From Candidatus Omnitrophota bacterium (lineage in GTDB: Bacteria; Omnitrophota; Gorgyraeia; Zapsychrales; Fredricksoniimonadaceae): DNA of 64,000 bases. The notes below the pieces were generated by a model that searched no databases, was not told where the DNA came from, and saw only the letters and a program-made list of their open reading frames with translations. How positions within the stretch are numbered: position 1 is the first letter of the stretch; every line of letters starts with the position of its first letter. The position numbers were made by a program, and so were the translations under genes. The stretch is from assembly GCA_015233335.1 (NCBI GenBank), contig JADFXX010000001.1:134302-198301 (forward strand), written 5' to 3'. Shown one piece after another: positions 18,021 through 26,293 of the stretch.

Positions 18021-19514
18021 TCAGGATTTATCCGCGAATTCAACCTTTAACTTTTCATAAGCGGTTTTAAGCCCTGTTAACGCCTCTTTCATCTGATCAA
18101 TGTTCGCCTGTTGTCTGGCCCAATTGTTGATATCGGTTGCCGGTTCGGAAATCACAGTAAGCCTTAAATTAGCAAAGACTCCCTTGATTTGGTGAGAAGC
18201 CTGATCAATTGAGGTAAAATCATTACCTGCGATCGCCTTTTCTAAATTAGCGATATCCGCTTCTGCTTCCTTAATCGCTGAGCTGGCTATCCTTAAATAG
18301 ATCAGCACCGGAAGCTGTAAAGCTTTAGAATTTTGCTGGATCATTTCATCAAAAGAATTACCAGTTTTTTCTTGGCCCATGGACACCCCTTCTCTAACAT
18401 CTTCTTTTGAAGGTGGAGGATTAATCCCCCCCCCCGTTAAATTAGACGGATTTTTTTCAAGTTCAAAAATCTTGATCTGTAGATCCTTGATCTGGTTCTC
18501 ATACTTCTGGATCAACTGGTCCATGTGGATGGATTTACGGAATTCCTCAAACTCCTTGCCTTGGGCAAACTGCGCGATCGCCTCAACCGCCCCTTTAGTT
18601 TTTTCGTCCAGAAGCTCCAGCTTCATCTTGCCCTCCTGCAAACGCATTTTGATCGCATGCAGAGCTTTCTTTTCTTCATCCATCAGTTTTTCAATATGAT
18701 TCATTTCAACTTCTGAAACTTTAAGATGCTTCATACGCTCACCCTCGGCCGTCAAACGCTCAATCTCATCGGATAGACGCTTAATCTCATCTTCTTTACC
18801 GGCAAGTTCTTTTGAAACAGCTGATAAATTTTTGTTTTCTTGCTCCATGGTCACTAGCTGGGCCTTCAGGCTTGCGATCTCCTCTTTGCTCGCCGGGTCT
18901 TCTTTCGGGATCTGACTGATACGCGCAATCTCACTATTCAAACGCTCGATCTCAGATTTGCTTTCCTGCTCCAAGGTCGCCAGCCGGGCCTTCAGGCTTG
19001 CGATCTCCTCTTTGCTCGCCGGGTCTTCTTTCGGCAGCTGACTCAAGTGCTCGACCTCACCTTTAAGCCTCAACACCTCGGCAGTAAGCCCTCTGATTTC
19101 ACTTTCCTTAAGCGCAATTTCTTGGGCCGTTTGTGCCGAATTCTTGTGATCTTCCTCCATCACTGCCAGCTGAGATTTAAGCTTGGCGATCTCCTGGTCC
19201 TTTGTGGCAAACTCGCTTTCCTTTTCCTGAAGTTTTCTTTTAAGCCCCTCTGCCTCACTCGCCCGTGACTGAAGATCATTGTCTTTCCTGATGATCTCCT
19301 CTTTGGCCTGACTAAAATCAGACTGTAACTTGTCCGAGTCTGCTTTCATCCGCTCAAGCGACTTTTTGATCTCTGCCGGATTGCCATCCACCATTCCAAG
19401 CTGTAATTTCAATCTGCTGATCTCAATATTTGCCTCCGAATCTTGACGAAGAAGAAGAAAGGCCACCACAACAGCTGTCAGGACACACGCGCCTAAAAAA
19501 ATAATAATGATCAT
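18021..19514 (-). CDS. Membrane-anchored coiled-coil protein with C-terminal HPt (histidine phosphotransfer) domain
   Basis: 497 aa. One N-terminal TM helix, ~350 aa of heptad-rich E/K/L sequence with an internal 42-aa duplication, and a C-terminus containing the HPt signature SHQIKGVFANL. ATGA overlap with the upstream gene. Confidence 0.65.
   Translation of the reverse strand: MIIIIFLGACVLTAVVVAFLLLRQDSEANIEISRLKLQLGMVDGNPAEIKKSLERMKADSDKLQSDFSQAKEEIIRKDNDLQSRASEAEGLKRKLQEKESEFATKDQEIAKLKSQLAVMEEDHKNSAQTAQEIALKESEIRGLTAEVLRLKGEVEHLSQLPKEDPASKEEIASLKARLATLEQESKSEIERLNSEIARISQIPKEDPASKEEIASLKAQLVTMEQENKNLSAVSKELAGKEDEIKRLSDEIERLTAEGERMKHLKVSEVEMNHIEKLMDEEKKALHAIKMRLQEGKMKLELLDEKTKGAVEAIAQFAQGKEFEEFRKSIHMDQLIQKYENQIKDLQIKIFELEKNPSNLTGGGINPPPSKEDVREGVSMGQEKTGNSFDEMIQQNSKALQLPVLIYLRIASSAIKEAEADIANLEKAIAGNDFTSIDQASHQIKGVFANLRLTVISEPATDINNWARQQANIDQMKEALTGLKTAYEKLKVEFADKS
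18426..18435. repeat. Homopolymer C10 (G10 on coding strand) inside the coiled-coil/HPt CDS
   Basis: Counted directly. It encodes the GGG of ...NLTGGGINPPPS..., the linker between the coiled-coil and HPt parts. Confidence 0.9.
18860..19034. repeat. Tandem 126-bp (42-codon) duplication with 49-nt identical cores
   Basis: gggccttcaggcttgcgatctcctctttgctcgccgggtcttctttcgg occurs at 18860..18908 and 18986..19034. It encodes (Q)(L/I)PKEDPASKEEIASLKA(R/Q)L twice. Confidence 0.9.
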
Positions 19515-20098
19515 GCTTTATCTCCACCGGGCTTAGATTTTAACCCTTTAAGCCTGCGCAACTTTTCTAAGGTCGAATCAATGCCCTTAGACTCCTTCTC
19601 TTCGACTCCGATATCTCCCAGATTACTTTGCACATCTTCATGAACATAAAGTTTGGAAAGGTCTACTGACTCAAAACCCGCAGCTTCCTGGATCTCACGA
19701 AGCTTGTACTCACGGGCAGGTCCGCTCAAAGTTTTAAGGTCCTTGAGCATTCCCGCGATTTTATCAGAAAGTTTGTCTGAAACAGCATCCAGCGAGCCTT
19801 GCAGGATCGCCGCCATGTGCGTCTTGAATTCCTCGAGTGTCATCCCGGCGGCCGGCGCGGCAGATACCGGCGTCCCGGGTGCCGGCATAACCAACGGCGG
19901 GACAACCGGCGCAACCGGCGCCGATGTTTGGGGTTCTTTTAATCTGTTGGTGATACGAACCGTAACAACATCCAAAGACCCCAAGAATTGTCCCATCAGC
20001 AATTCAGTCTCCATAAGTTCCTGATCAAGGGCATACCGGGACTGCCGAAGCTGATCGATCCTTTGAACCAATGTGATATTCTTATCTTCTAAACTCAT
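19511..20098 (-). CDS. Hypothetical protein with central Pro/Ala/Val-rich segment
   Basis: 195 aa with ATGA overlaps at both ends (translational coupling with the actin-like gene upstream and the HPt gene downstream). No recognisable domain. Confidence 0.4.
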   Translation of the reverse strand: MSLEDKNITLVQRIDQLRQSRYALDQELMETELLMGQFLGSLDVVTVRITNRLKEPQTSAPVAPVVPPLVMPAPGTPVSAAPAAGMTLEEFKTHMAAILQGSLDAVSDKLSDKIAGMLKDLKTLSGPAREYKLREIQEAAGFESVDLSKLYVHEDVQSNLGDIGVEEKESKGIDSTLEKLRRLKGLKSKPGGDKA

Positions 20099-21522
20099 GT
20101 ATTCCCGCCGTTAATTGCGTTAAACAGGCATCCGCGCACAACGCTCGTAAAAGGCTCCTTGGCATGAAGGATATTCCCAAGGGTAAATCCAAATTTAGCA
20201 GATTTTACTTCTTCCTTAACGACATCAATAAAACCGGGCACCATGGACGACCCCCCGGCAAAAACAATATCAACAGGTTCTTTGAAATTGGGAGTGTCCT
20301 TACTTTTGCCGAAAACATGGGCCATATTCTCTATAAGATAATGGATATAATTACGGTAATAGATCGCAATCGCCTGCTCTTCGCGGTTGGCAGGTGTCTT
20401 GATGCTCATGCCGTGTTCTTTAATGGTCGATACACGGGTCGTAGGCACACCCAAAACGGTCGCGGCACTTTTATCAATCCAATCCCCGCCGCGAGTGATC
20501 GAAAACGACAGCACAGGGACAGACTTGAACGCCGCGCAAATATTGACCATGCCCGCACCGCAGGAGACCCCAATACCCGTAAAATCCTGGTCCTCCATCT
20601 CAGAAAGGACAACGGCATACCCCTCGTCGATAACCAAAGCCTTAAAACCGATATTCTTAAGGATCCCCTCAAAAACACCGCGGTGATAGATCGTATCCTG
20701 ATCGCGGTCAATAGGCTGGGCAGGGATAGAAAAACAGCAGACCTCACCATCTTCCCGGGGCTCCCATAAAATGTTCTTGACCAATAATTGAATGATGGGG
20801 ATAGACTCAGCTTCAGATGGGTTAAGGATCCCCATATTCATGGACCGCTGGGTCTCCCGCCCGAAGATATCCGCAAGCTCAAGCGCCATACTTCCTAAGA
20901 CATAAAGCTTATCTTGCAGGGCAACATATTTGATCTTAAGCTTGCCCAACAAATCCTTGGTCGATTGATCACAGCGCACAGAAAGAAAAGCGTTACGTTC
21001 ACTTTTGACAAAGACCCTCTTGCCTTCAACCTCACGGCTGGCCACGATATAGGCCGTTCCCAGATCCAGTCCGACACCGGTCCGGACCGCTGATTTCTTC
21101 CCGCGACTCGCCAAAGTCGGAAGCACAACAGTCGTTGTTTCCTCCTCTTCTGCGGCGGCCGGCTCCTCTAAAGTCTCCCCGATCTGTTCAACCGGCTCCT
21201 CTTCGGTCACATCAGCGACTCTTTCCTTGGGCAAAGGTTCTGGTTCAACACGTAGAAAAACAGGCGGCTTGACATTCTTTCCCTGTGCACGGGCACGGAT
21301 ATAGTCATTGATGGCGCGCAATTTGGCGCGCATTTCCTCAACGGGGACTTCCCGTTGAGAGGAATCTTTTTGCGGCTTATATTCTTCTTCGTCAGATAAC
21401 TGCGGTTTTCGACTCAGGCTGGAATAACTCTTGATCTTGTCATTTATCTTTAATAGTCGCTCTCTGATCTGCTGCAATTCACCTTCGACCACTGACTTGC
21501 CTCTTTCTTTGAGTGCGGCCAC
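20095..21522 (-). CDS. Actin-like ATPase (Mad28-like paralog 2) with ~150-aa acidic/coiled N-terminal extension
   Basis: The C-terminal ~320 aa align by eye with the neighbouring 329-aa protein (DLGTAYIV / DVGTMNLV, EDQDFTGIGVSCGAGMVNI / EDQDFTGIGISAGGGMFNI, FAGGSSMVPGF / CAGGSSMIGGF), which are actin-fold phosphate and adenosine motifs. GTG start without a clear RBS, so the start is uncertain. Confidence 0.7.
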   Translation of the reverse strand: MAALKERGKSVVEGELQQIRERLLKINDKIKSYSSLSRKPQLSDEEEYKPQKDSSQREVPVEEMRAKLRAINDYIRARAQGKNVKPPVFLRVEPEPLPKERVADVTEEEPVEQIGETLEEPAAAEEEETTTVVLPTLASRGKKSAVRTGVGLDLGTAYIVASREVEGKRVFVKSERNAFLSVRCDQSTKDLLGKLKIKYVALQDKLYVLGSMALELADIFGRETQRSMNMGILNPSEAESIPIIQLLVKNILWEPREDGEVCCFSIPAQPIDRDQDTIYHRGVFEGILKNIGFKALVIDEGYAVVLSEMEDQDFTGIGVSCGAGMVNICAAFKSVPVLSFSITRGGDWIDKSAATVLGVPTTRVSTIKEHGMSIKTPANREEQAIAIYYRNYIHYLIENMAHVFGKSKDTPNFKEPVDIVFAGGSSMVPGFIDVVKEEVKSAKFGFTLGNILHAKEPFTSVVRGCLFNAINGGNT

Positions 21523-21552
21523 ACTTTTTTCATATTTTCTTTCTGGTGGTGA

Positions 21553-22542
21553 CTATTCAACCTCGCTCAGGCCCGCCAAGAGGCAGCCTCTGGCTGTCGC
21601 ATATAACGGTTCGCTAGCCAACCTCACATCCTTGATAGGAATGGGGAATGACAGCTTCTTAAGTTCTTCTTTAAAGACATCAACAAATCCGCCGATCATG
21701 GATGACCCTCCGGCACAGACAATATTAATGGGTTCCGGGAACTGCGGCATTTGCTCGGCTTTTTCAAATTTATTTTTGATATTGACCAGTGTATAATTGA
21801 TCAAATTGCGGTAATAGATGCAAACCGCTTCTTCTTCGCGGTTGGCTGGTTTGTTGATATTGATCCCTTTTTCCTTAATAGCTGTGGCCCGGTTGACCTT
21901 GATCCCCAAGACCTGTGCCACATTCTTGTCGATCCAGTCACCGGCACGGCTCGTCGCGAAGCTGATGGCCGGGATCGTCTTATAACAAACACAGATATTG
22001 AACATCCCCCCGCCCGCAGAGATGCCGATACCGGTAAAATCCTGGTCTTCCAATTCTGCAAAAACCACCGCGTGCCCTTCATTCATAGGCTTGCCGACAT
22101 AACCCAAATTCTTAAGCGCGCCTGAAATAACGCTTGAGTGATAAACGATATTGAAGTTCGCATCAATAGGATCAGCCGGAACAGAATAATAAACAAGCTG
22201 GTTCTTTTCTTCGGGTTTTCCGAGAACAGCATCGATCAAAAGGCCAAAAATAGGTACAGCATCCGCCTCACCAGGGCTCATGACACCATCCTGCATAGGC
22301 CGGCGCACGGTTTTATTCATAATGTTGGCCAGCTCAAAAGCAGAATCTCCCAAAATATAAACCTTGTTGCCAAGTTCCGCATACTGGACCTTCTGTTTTT
22401 TCAGCATGCTCTTTGTAAATGAATTGGCATCGATATCCAAAAAGGTGTGGCGCATCAATTTAAGCTTGATTTTGCCATCCGCACCCTGCTCAGATCCAAC
22501 CAGGTTCATTGTCCCAACGTCTAACCCTTTGACTTTTCCCAT
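21553..22542 (-). CDS. Actin-like ATPase (Mad28-like paralog 1; ParM/MamK-superfamily)
   Basis: 329 aa. Phosphate-1 GLDVGTMN, phosphate-2 GIGISAGGGM and adenosine CAGGSSMIGG motifs of the actin/Hsp70 fold. Confidence 0.75.
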   Translation of the reverse strand: MGKVKGLDVGTMNLVGSEQGADGKIKLKLMRHTFLDIDANSFTKSMLKKQKVQYAELGNKVYILGDSAFELANIMNKTVRRPMQDGVMSPGEADAVPIFGLLIDAVLGKPEEKNQLVYYSVPADPIDANFNIVYHSSVISGALKNLGYVGKPMNEGHAVVFAELEDQDFTGIGISAGGGMFNICVCYKTIPAISFATSRAGDWIDKNVAQVLGIKVNRATAIKEKGININKPANREEEAVCIYYRNLINYTLVNIKNKFEKAEQMPQFPEPINIVCAGGSSMIGGFVDVFKEELKKLSFPIPIKDVRLASEPLYATARGCLLAGLSEVE

Positions 22543-22554
22543 ACAAAAAACTCC

Positions 22555-23370
22555 TTATTTATGTTTAGCTTTATAATAATGTTCGCGTGCACGGGCACGG
22601 GTATCAGCAAGCATGAGACGGATCTCGTCAAGGCTCCCTTTGCTGTTTTCCAGTTCCCGAATAGCCTGATCCCTTTCGGAAATCACAGAGCCTAGCTCGG
22701 ATTCCGCTGATTCGAGTTTCGCGGCAACAGAGTCCTTTTCATCCTCAAGAAGCGAGACCTGATGGTGCAGGCTCTGGATAGTTTTGTTGGCACTGGAAAG
22801 TTCCAACTCAATTTGTTCGATACGCGTGTCCCTGGCTTCGCATTCTTTTTCAAGGGAGGCGATCTTGTTGTTCCGGTCCTTGATAACAGCTTCACGGGCT
22901 TCCAGCTCTTCTTCAACGGATTTCATTTTACCGACAGACTCTAGCCGTTCATTTTCAAGGAACTCCAGTTCCGAATTAAGTTCTTCCTGAGACACCAGAA
23001 GACCTTTCATCTCTTTAAGTTTGGCCTCCGCGATCGCCGCTTTTTCTTCAGACTTCTGGACGCGCTCTTTAAGCTGCTGGATATCCTTTTCCTGGGCATC
23101 CTTAAGGCTGAAAGAAGCATCAAGCTGTTTTTCCAGATCAGCGATGATTTCAAAAACACTGACCTTCTCCTCTTCGGGAGACATGATATATTTGGTAGAA
23201 TCCTTGATCTGCCTGACCGCAGAACGGATGGCCGCCTTTGGTTCAACAGATGCTGTGCCTGGTCTTTGGGTTGCCGGCTTTAAAGTGGATTGCAGAAGCG
23301 GGTTATCTATGAGCTTACTTCTCCTTGAATCCATGCCCCTACTTACTGGTTGCTTTTCTTGTTTTTCCAT
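22555..23370 (-). CDS. Coiled-coil protein (SMC/intermediate-filament-like heptads)
   Basis: 271 aa, E/K/L-rich, predicted long coiled coil. AAGGAG RBS. The start overlaps the ParA gene end by 32 nt. Confidence 0.5.
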   Translation of the reverse strand: MEKQEKQPVSRGMDSRRSKLIDNPLLQSTLKPATQRPGTASVEPKAAIRSAVRQIKDSTKYIMSPEEEKVSVFEIIADLEKQLDASFSLKDAQEKDIQQLKERVQKSEEKAAIAEAKLKEMKGLLVSQEELNSELEFLENERLESVGKMKSVEEELEAREAVIKDRNNKIASLEKECEARDTRIEQIELELSSANKTIQSLHHQVSLLEDEKDSVAAKLESAESELGSVISERDQAIRELENSKGSLDEIRLMLADTRARAREHYYKAKHK

Positions 23371-24106
23371 CCATAATCTCCTTTGCTAATTGACGGTAAG
23401 CCTCCGCCCCTTTGGAAGTCTTATCATACTTATAGATAGGAAGGTGGGCATTATGGGCCTCTTCTATCTTGATATTCTCTGGGATCACAACCTTAAAGAC
23501 CTTCTTGCCGAAATAATTCCTGATCGCGTCACGCGCTTCGTTCGTCACCACACGCTCGCGGTAACGGGTGATCACAACGCCGGAAATCTCTATATCAGCG
23601 CCAAGGCCGGAGCGGACATTCTCAACGATCTCCTCCAAAAGCTTGATCCCCTTCAGAGAGAAGAATTCAGGACAAATGGGCACGACCAATTCATGACAGG
23701 CGGTCAAAGCGTTGACAGTAAGGAGCCCTAAAGACGGCGGAGCATCCACGATCATATAATCATATTTTAGTTTCTGGGTATAATGATACAGCACCTTTTC
23801 ACGGCCTATATGCTCGTTGATCCGAAGAGTGGCTCCTGAAAGCTCAATATCGCTTGGCACCACATCAATGCCAAAAGCGTCGGAATGCTGGATAACGGTA
23901 CGGATATCCATCTTATCGACGATAACATTATAAATATTGAACTCAAAACGCTGGTTCCCGAAAATAGCCGCCGTTGATGAATATTGGGGGTCCATATCGA
24001 TCAAAATAACCTTTTTACCAGCCCTAGCCAGTTCAGCAGCCAAATTCAAGGATGTCGTGGTCTTGGCAACGCCGCCTTTTTGATTAGCAATACATATCCT
24101 TCTCAT
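23339..24106 (-). CDS. ParA/Soj/MinD-family P-loop ATPase
   Basis: Deviant Walker A NQKGGVAKTTTSLNLA, followed by LIDMDPQ and IVDAPPSLG. Classic ParA layout. Confidence 0.9.
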   Translation of the reverse strand: MRRICIANQKGGVAKTTTSLNLAAELARAGKKVILIDMDPQYSSTAAIFGNQRFEFNIYNVIVDKMDIRTVIQHSDAFGIDVVPSDIELSGATLRINEHIGREKVLYHYTQKLKYDYMIVDAPPSLGLLTVNALTACHELVVPICPEFFSLKGIKLLEEIVENVRSGLGADIEISGVVITRYRERVVTNEARDAIRNYFGKKVFKVVIPENIKIEEAHNAHLPIYKYDKTSKGAEAYRQLAKEIMDGKTRKATSK

Positions 24107-24110
24107 AAAA

Positions 24111-24377
24111 TCACTCTTTCTTTCCCACGTCCAACAAAGCAGTTGCGTCGCTGAACAATGCGCCGATCTGATAGCAGGCCTTATTCAAAAACCCCTTGCG
24201 CGAAGATTTCTTAGGACGACTTTCGATCACCGGACTGTTTTCCAATTTCGTGACCGGAGATGTCATAACCTCGGCAAACCCTTTTTGTAATGCACGGACT
24301 CTCTTGATCCGGGTAGCAGTCTTTTTAAGATGAATGGGTGGTGTTCCCTTTTTCTTGGTCTTTTTAGTTTGCGGCAA
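24111..24377 (-). CDS. Small basic hypothetical protein
   Basis: 88 aa with a K/R-rich N-terminus. TTG start preceded by AAGGAG at 5 nt. Confidence 0.4.
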   Translation of the reverse strand: MPQTKKTKKKGTPPIHLKKTATRIKRVRALQKGFAEVMTSPVTKLENSPVIESRPKKSSRKGFLNKACYQIGALFSDATALLDVGKKE

Positions 24378-24395
24378 AGGGACTCCTTTTTTTAA

Positions 24396-24584
24396 TTAGC
24401 CTTTTGCGTAGCCTTCGTAAAATGATTCCTTGGCATCGGAGAGTATCGAGTTCAACTTATCGCCGGCACCGTCGATTGACCCCTTGACCTTTTTGATCAG
24501 ATCAGGATTCTTTTTCTCCAGTATCTTGTAACCAACAACCCCGACAAAGACAACGGCCACAGCCGCTAATAATCCTTTTACCAT
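24396..24584 (-). CDS. Small membrane-anchored protein, YtxH-like
   Basis: 62 aa. An N-terminal TM helix (LLAAVAVVFVGVVGY) followed by an amphipathic helix. Starts 3 nt after the HEAT-protein stop. Confidence 0.45.
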   Translation of the reverse strand: MVKGLLAAVAVVFVGVVGYKILEKKNPDLIKKVKGSIDGAGDKLNSILSDAKESFYEGYAKG

Positions 24585-24586
24585 AA

Positions 24587-25597
24587 TTACCCCCTGTTTA
24601 ATTGAAGTTTAAATTTAGTCTGATTCTCACGCCACCAAAATCTCCAAGCTTCAATAGCATCATCCTTATCTGTCTTAGAGGAACGGGCTTTGAACCCAAA
24701 ATCCTCACCGGTTATCTTCTTTAACGATACCGCAGCCGTTGACTGGACATCATGGTCCGTATCTGCCAGAAGGGTAATTAATCCTGAAATAGCTTGCGCC
24801 ACTTTAAGAGCACCCGTGATCTGAGCTGCTGCCTTGCGGACACCGGGGTCTGGATCATGCAGTGCCGCAACGGCATGCAGCGAGCATCGCTCACTGAAGC
24901 TCCAGCAAAGGCAGTTTAAGACCTGTCTTCTGACCTCATGGTCACGATCTTTCAAAGCAGAAGCTAAAATATTAAACCCTTCATCGTCATGATACTTGGA
25001 GATGGCCCGCAGTGCCGCCAAACGGATCCCCGTATCCTGATGGCCGATAAAATTCTTGAACACCTCTTTTGTAGTAGCGCCGTCTTCGCTGACAGAGGCC
25101 AAGGCATTTAACAACTCGATGATCTGCAGGGTGTCCTGTTCACGGGAAAGCAGCTCTTCAAGCATCGCGACCGCGGTAGGTCTGGAAAGTTTTTTGATCT
25201 GTCGCAAGGCCTGAATCCGTACGGCCCGGCTGGGTGATTGGATATCTCTGAAATATATTTCTACCTCAACCTCTTCGGTCTTATTGGCAAAAGCCACATT
25301 CTTTAATCCGGCTTGGCGGACAGGAAGAGCCTTCTCAAGAGCCGGCTCGGGCTTTTTCTTTTCGACCACAGGTAGTGATACCACAGGCTCAATACGAGAA
25401 ACCGGCAAAACCGCAGGGGCCACGACCGCAGCCGGAGCTGGGGTCACAGCGACGGTTTGCGCGACCGCCTTTACCACAGCAGGTGTCCGCCTGCCAAAAG
25501 CCAAAAGATAACTAAACTCCTTTTCAACACTTTTGACCGCAACACCCAAAAAATGCGCCAAATCGTTCTGCACACCTGTAGTACTTTTTGTTTGCAT
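24587..25597 (-). CDS. HEAT-repeat protein (Mad23/25/26-like scaffold candidate), module 1
   Basis: 336 aa. The C-terminal half carries repeated PBS-lyase/HEAT units (DTGIRLAALRAI, DRDHEVRRQVLNCL, DPDPGVRKAAAQIT, DTDHDVQSTAAVSL). Confidence 0.7.
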   Translation of the reverse strand: MQTKSTTGVQNDLAHFLGVAVKSVEKEFSYLLAFGRRTPAVVKAVAQTVAVTPAPAAVVAPAVLPVSRIEPVVSLPVVEKKKPEPALEKALPVRQAGLKNVAFANKTEEVEVEIYFRDIQSPSRAVRIQALRQIKKLSRPTAVAMLEELLSREQDTLQIIELLNALASVSEDGATTKEVFKNFIGHQDTGIRLAALRAISKYHDDEGFNILASALKDRDHEVRRQVLNCLCWSFSERCSLHAVAALHDPDPGVRKAAAQITGALKVAQAISGLITLLADTDHDVQSTAAVSLKKITGEDFGFKARSSKTDKDDAIEAWRFWWRENQTKFKLQLNRG

Positions 25598-25647
25598 AAA
25601 ATATACCCGTGGAATAAATGTTATTCCGAATACTAATTTGCTTTTTT

Positions 25648-25675
25648 ATTATAAAGTCAATGAGACAAAAAGCAA
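25648..25675 (-). promoter_or_regulatory. Candidate sigma70-type promoter (TTGCTT-16-TATAAT) upstream of HEAT module 1
   Basis: On the minus strand: -35 TTGCTT (25670..25675), a 16-nt spacer and -10 TATAAT (25648..25653), about 50 nt upstream of the ATG at 25597. Confidence 0.35.
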
Positions 25676-25706
25676 GAAATTATAAAAAATAAATAAAATT
25701 GATCAC

Positions 25707-25741
25707 TGTCATTGCGAGGAGCAAAGCGACGAAGCAATCTC
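25707..25741. repeat. Palindromic intergenic repeat, type A, left arm only
   Basis: tgtcattgcgaggagcaaagcgacgaagcaatctc with no matching right arm. Confidence 0.8.
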
Positions 25742-25758
25742 AATCTAAAAAACTCATT

Positions 25759-25947
25759 TCATAGGGATTGCCTCAATTCGCCCGCAAGAGCAGTCTTCTT
25801 TTTTTCCACATAATCAATAAGCCCCATGACACGCTCAACCTCCAGCTCCAAATCCTTGCTGTGGCCCGCATATTGAAATTTGATCCTATTGCCCCGGTGC
25901 CAAAGGTAAAATTGCCGGCCCAAGGCCTGATAACAACGCTTGTCCAT
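25759..25947 (-). CDS. Small hypothetical protein
   Basis: 62 aa. ATG preceded by AAGGAG. No recognisable motif. Confidence 0.3.
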   Translation of the reverse strand: MDKRCYQALGRQFYLWHRGNRIKFQYAGHSKDLELEVERVMGLIDYVEKKKTALAGELRQSL

Positions 25948-25965
25948 AAACGGCTCTCCTTGCGA

Positions 25966-26292
25966 TCAGCCAAGCAATAATTTAAAGCCCCGTTTTACGG
26001 CGGCGGCCGCTTTGCCGGCGCTATAGGCGCCGACAGCGACAAAGTCCCCTAACTCCACCCCTTTAAGATCAGACCTGATCTGCCGGCTGACACCCTTGAA
26101 CATCGCAACCGTTTCATCCGTGATCTTTTGGGTTTTATGGCCCTGTTGATCCTTATTCTCATCCAAAATAATTTCCGCGACACGCTCGGCGCCCCGCGAT
26201 ACGTTCTGACGAACGCCGGCCATGGATTTTTTAATGATCGCGGCCTTCTGCCTGACCTCTTTTTTCGCTTTAACTTTCAGTGCTTTTACCAT
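25966..26292 (-). CDS. Small basic protein partnered with HEAT module 2
   Basis: I prefer the internal ATG (MVKALKVKAKKE...) at 26292, one nt after the upstream stop. The longer track ORF (to 26457) would overlap the HEAT gene by 164 nt. Composition resembles the 144-aa protein at 27928..28362. Confidence 0.45.
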   Translation of the reverse strand: MVKALKVKAKKEVRQKAAIIKKSMAGVRQNVSRGAERVAEIILDENKDQQGHKTQKITDETVAMFKGVSRQIRSDLKGVELGDFVAVGAYSAGKAAAAVKRGFKLLLG

Positions 26293-26293
26293 A

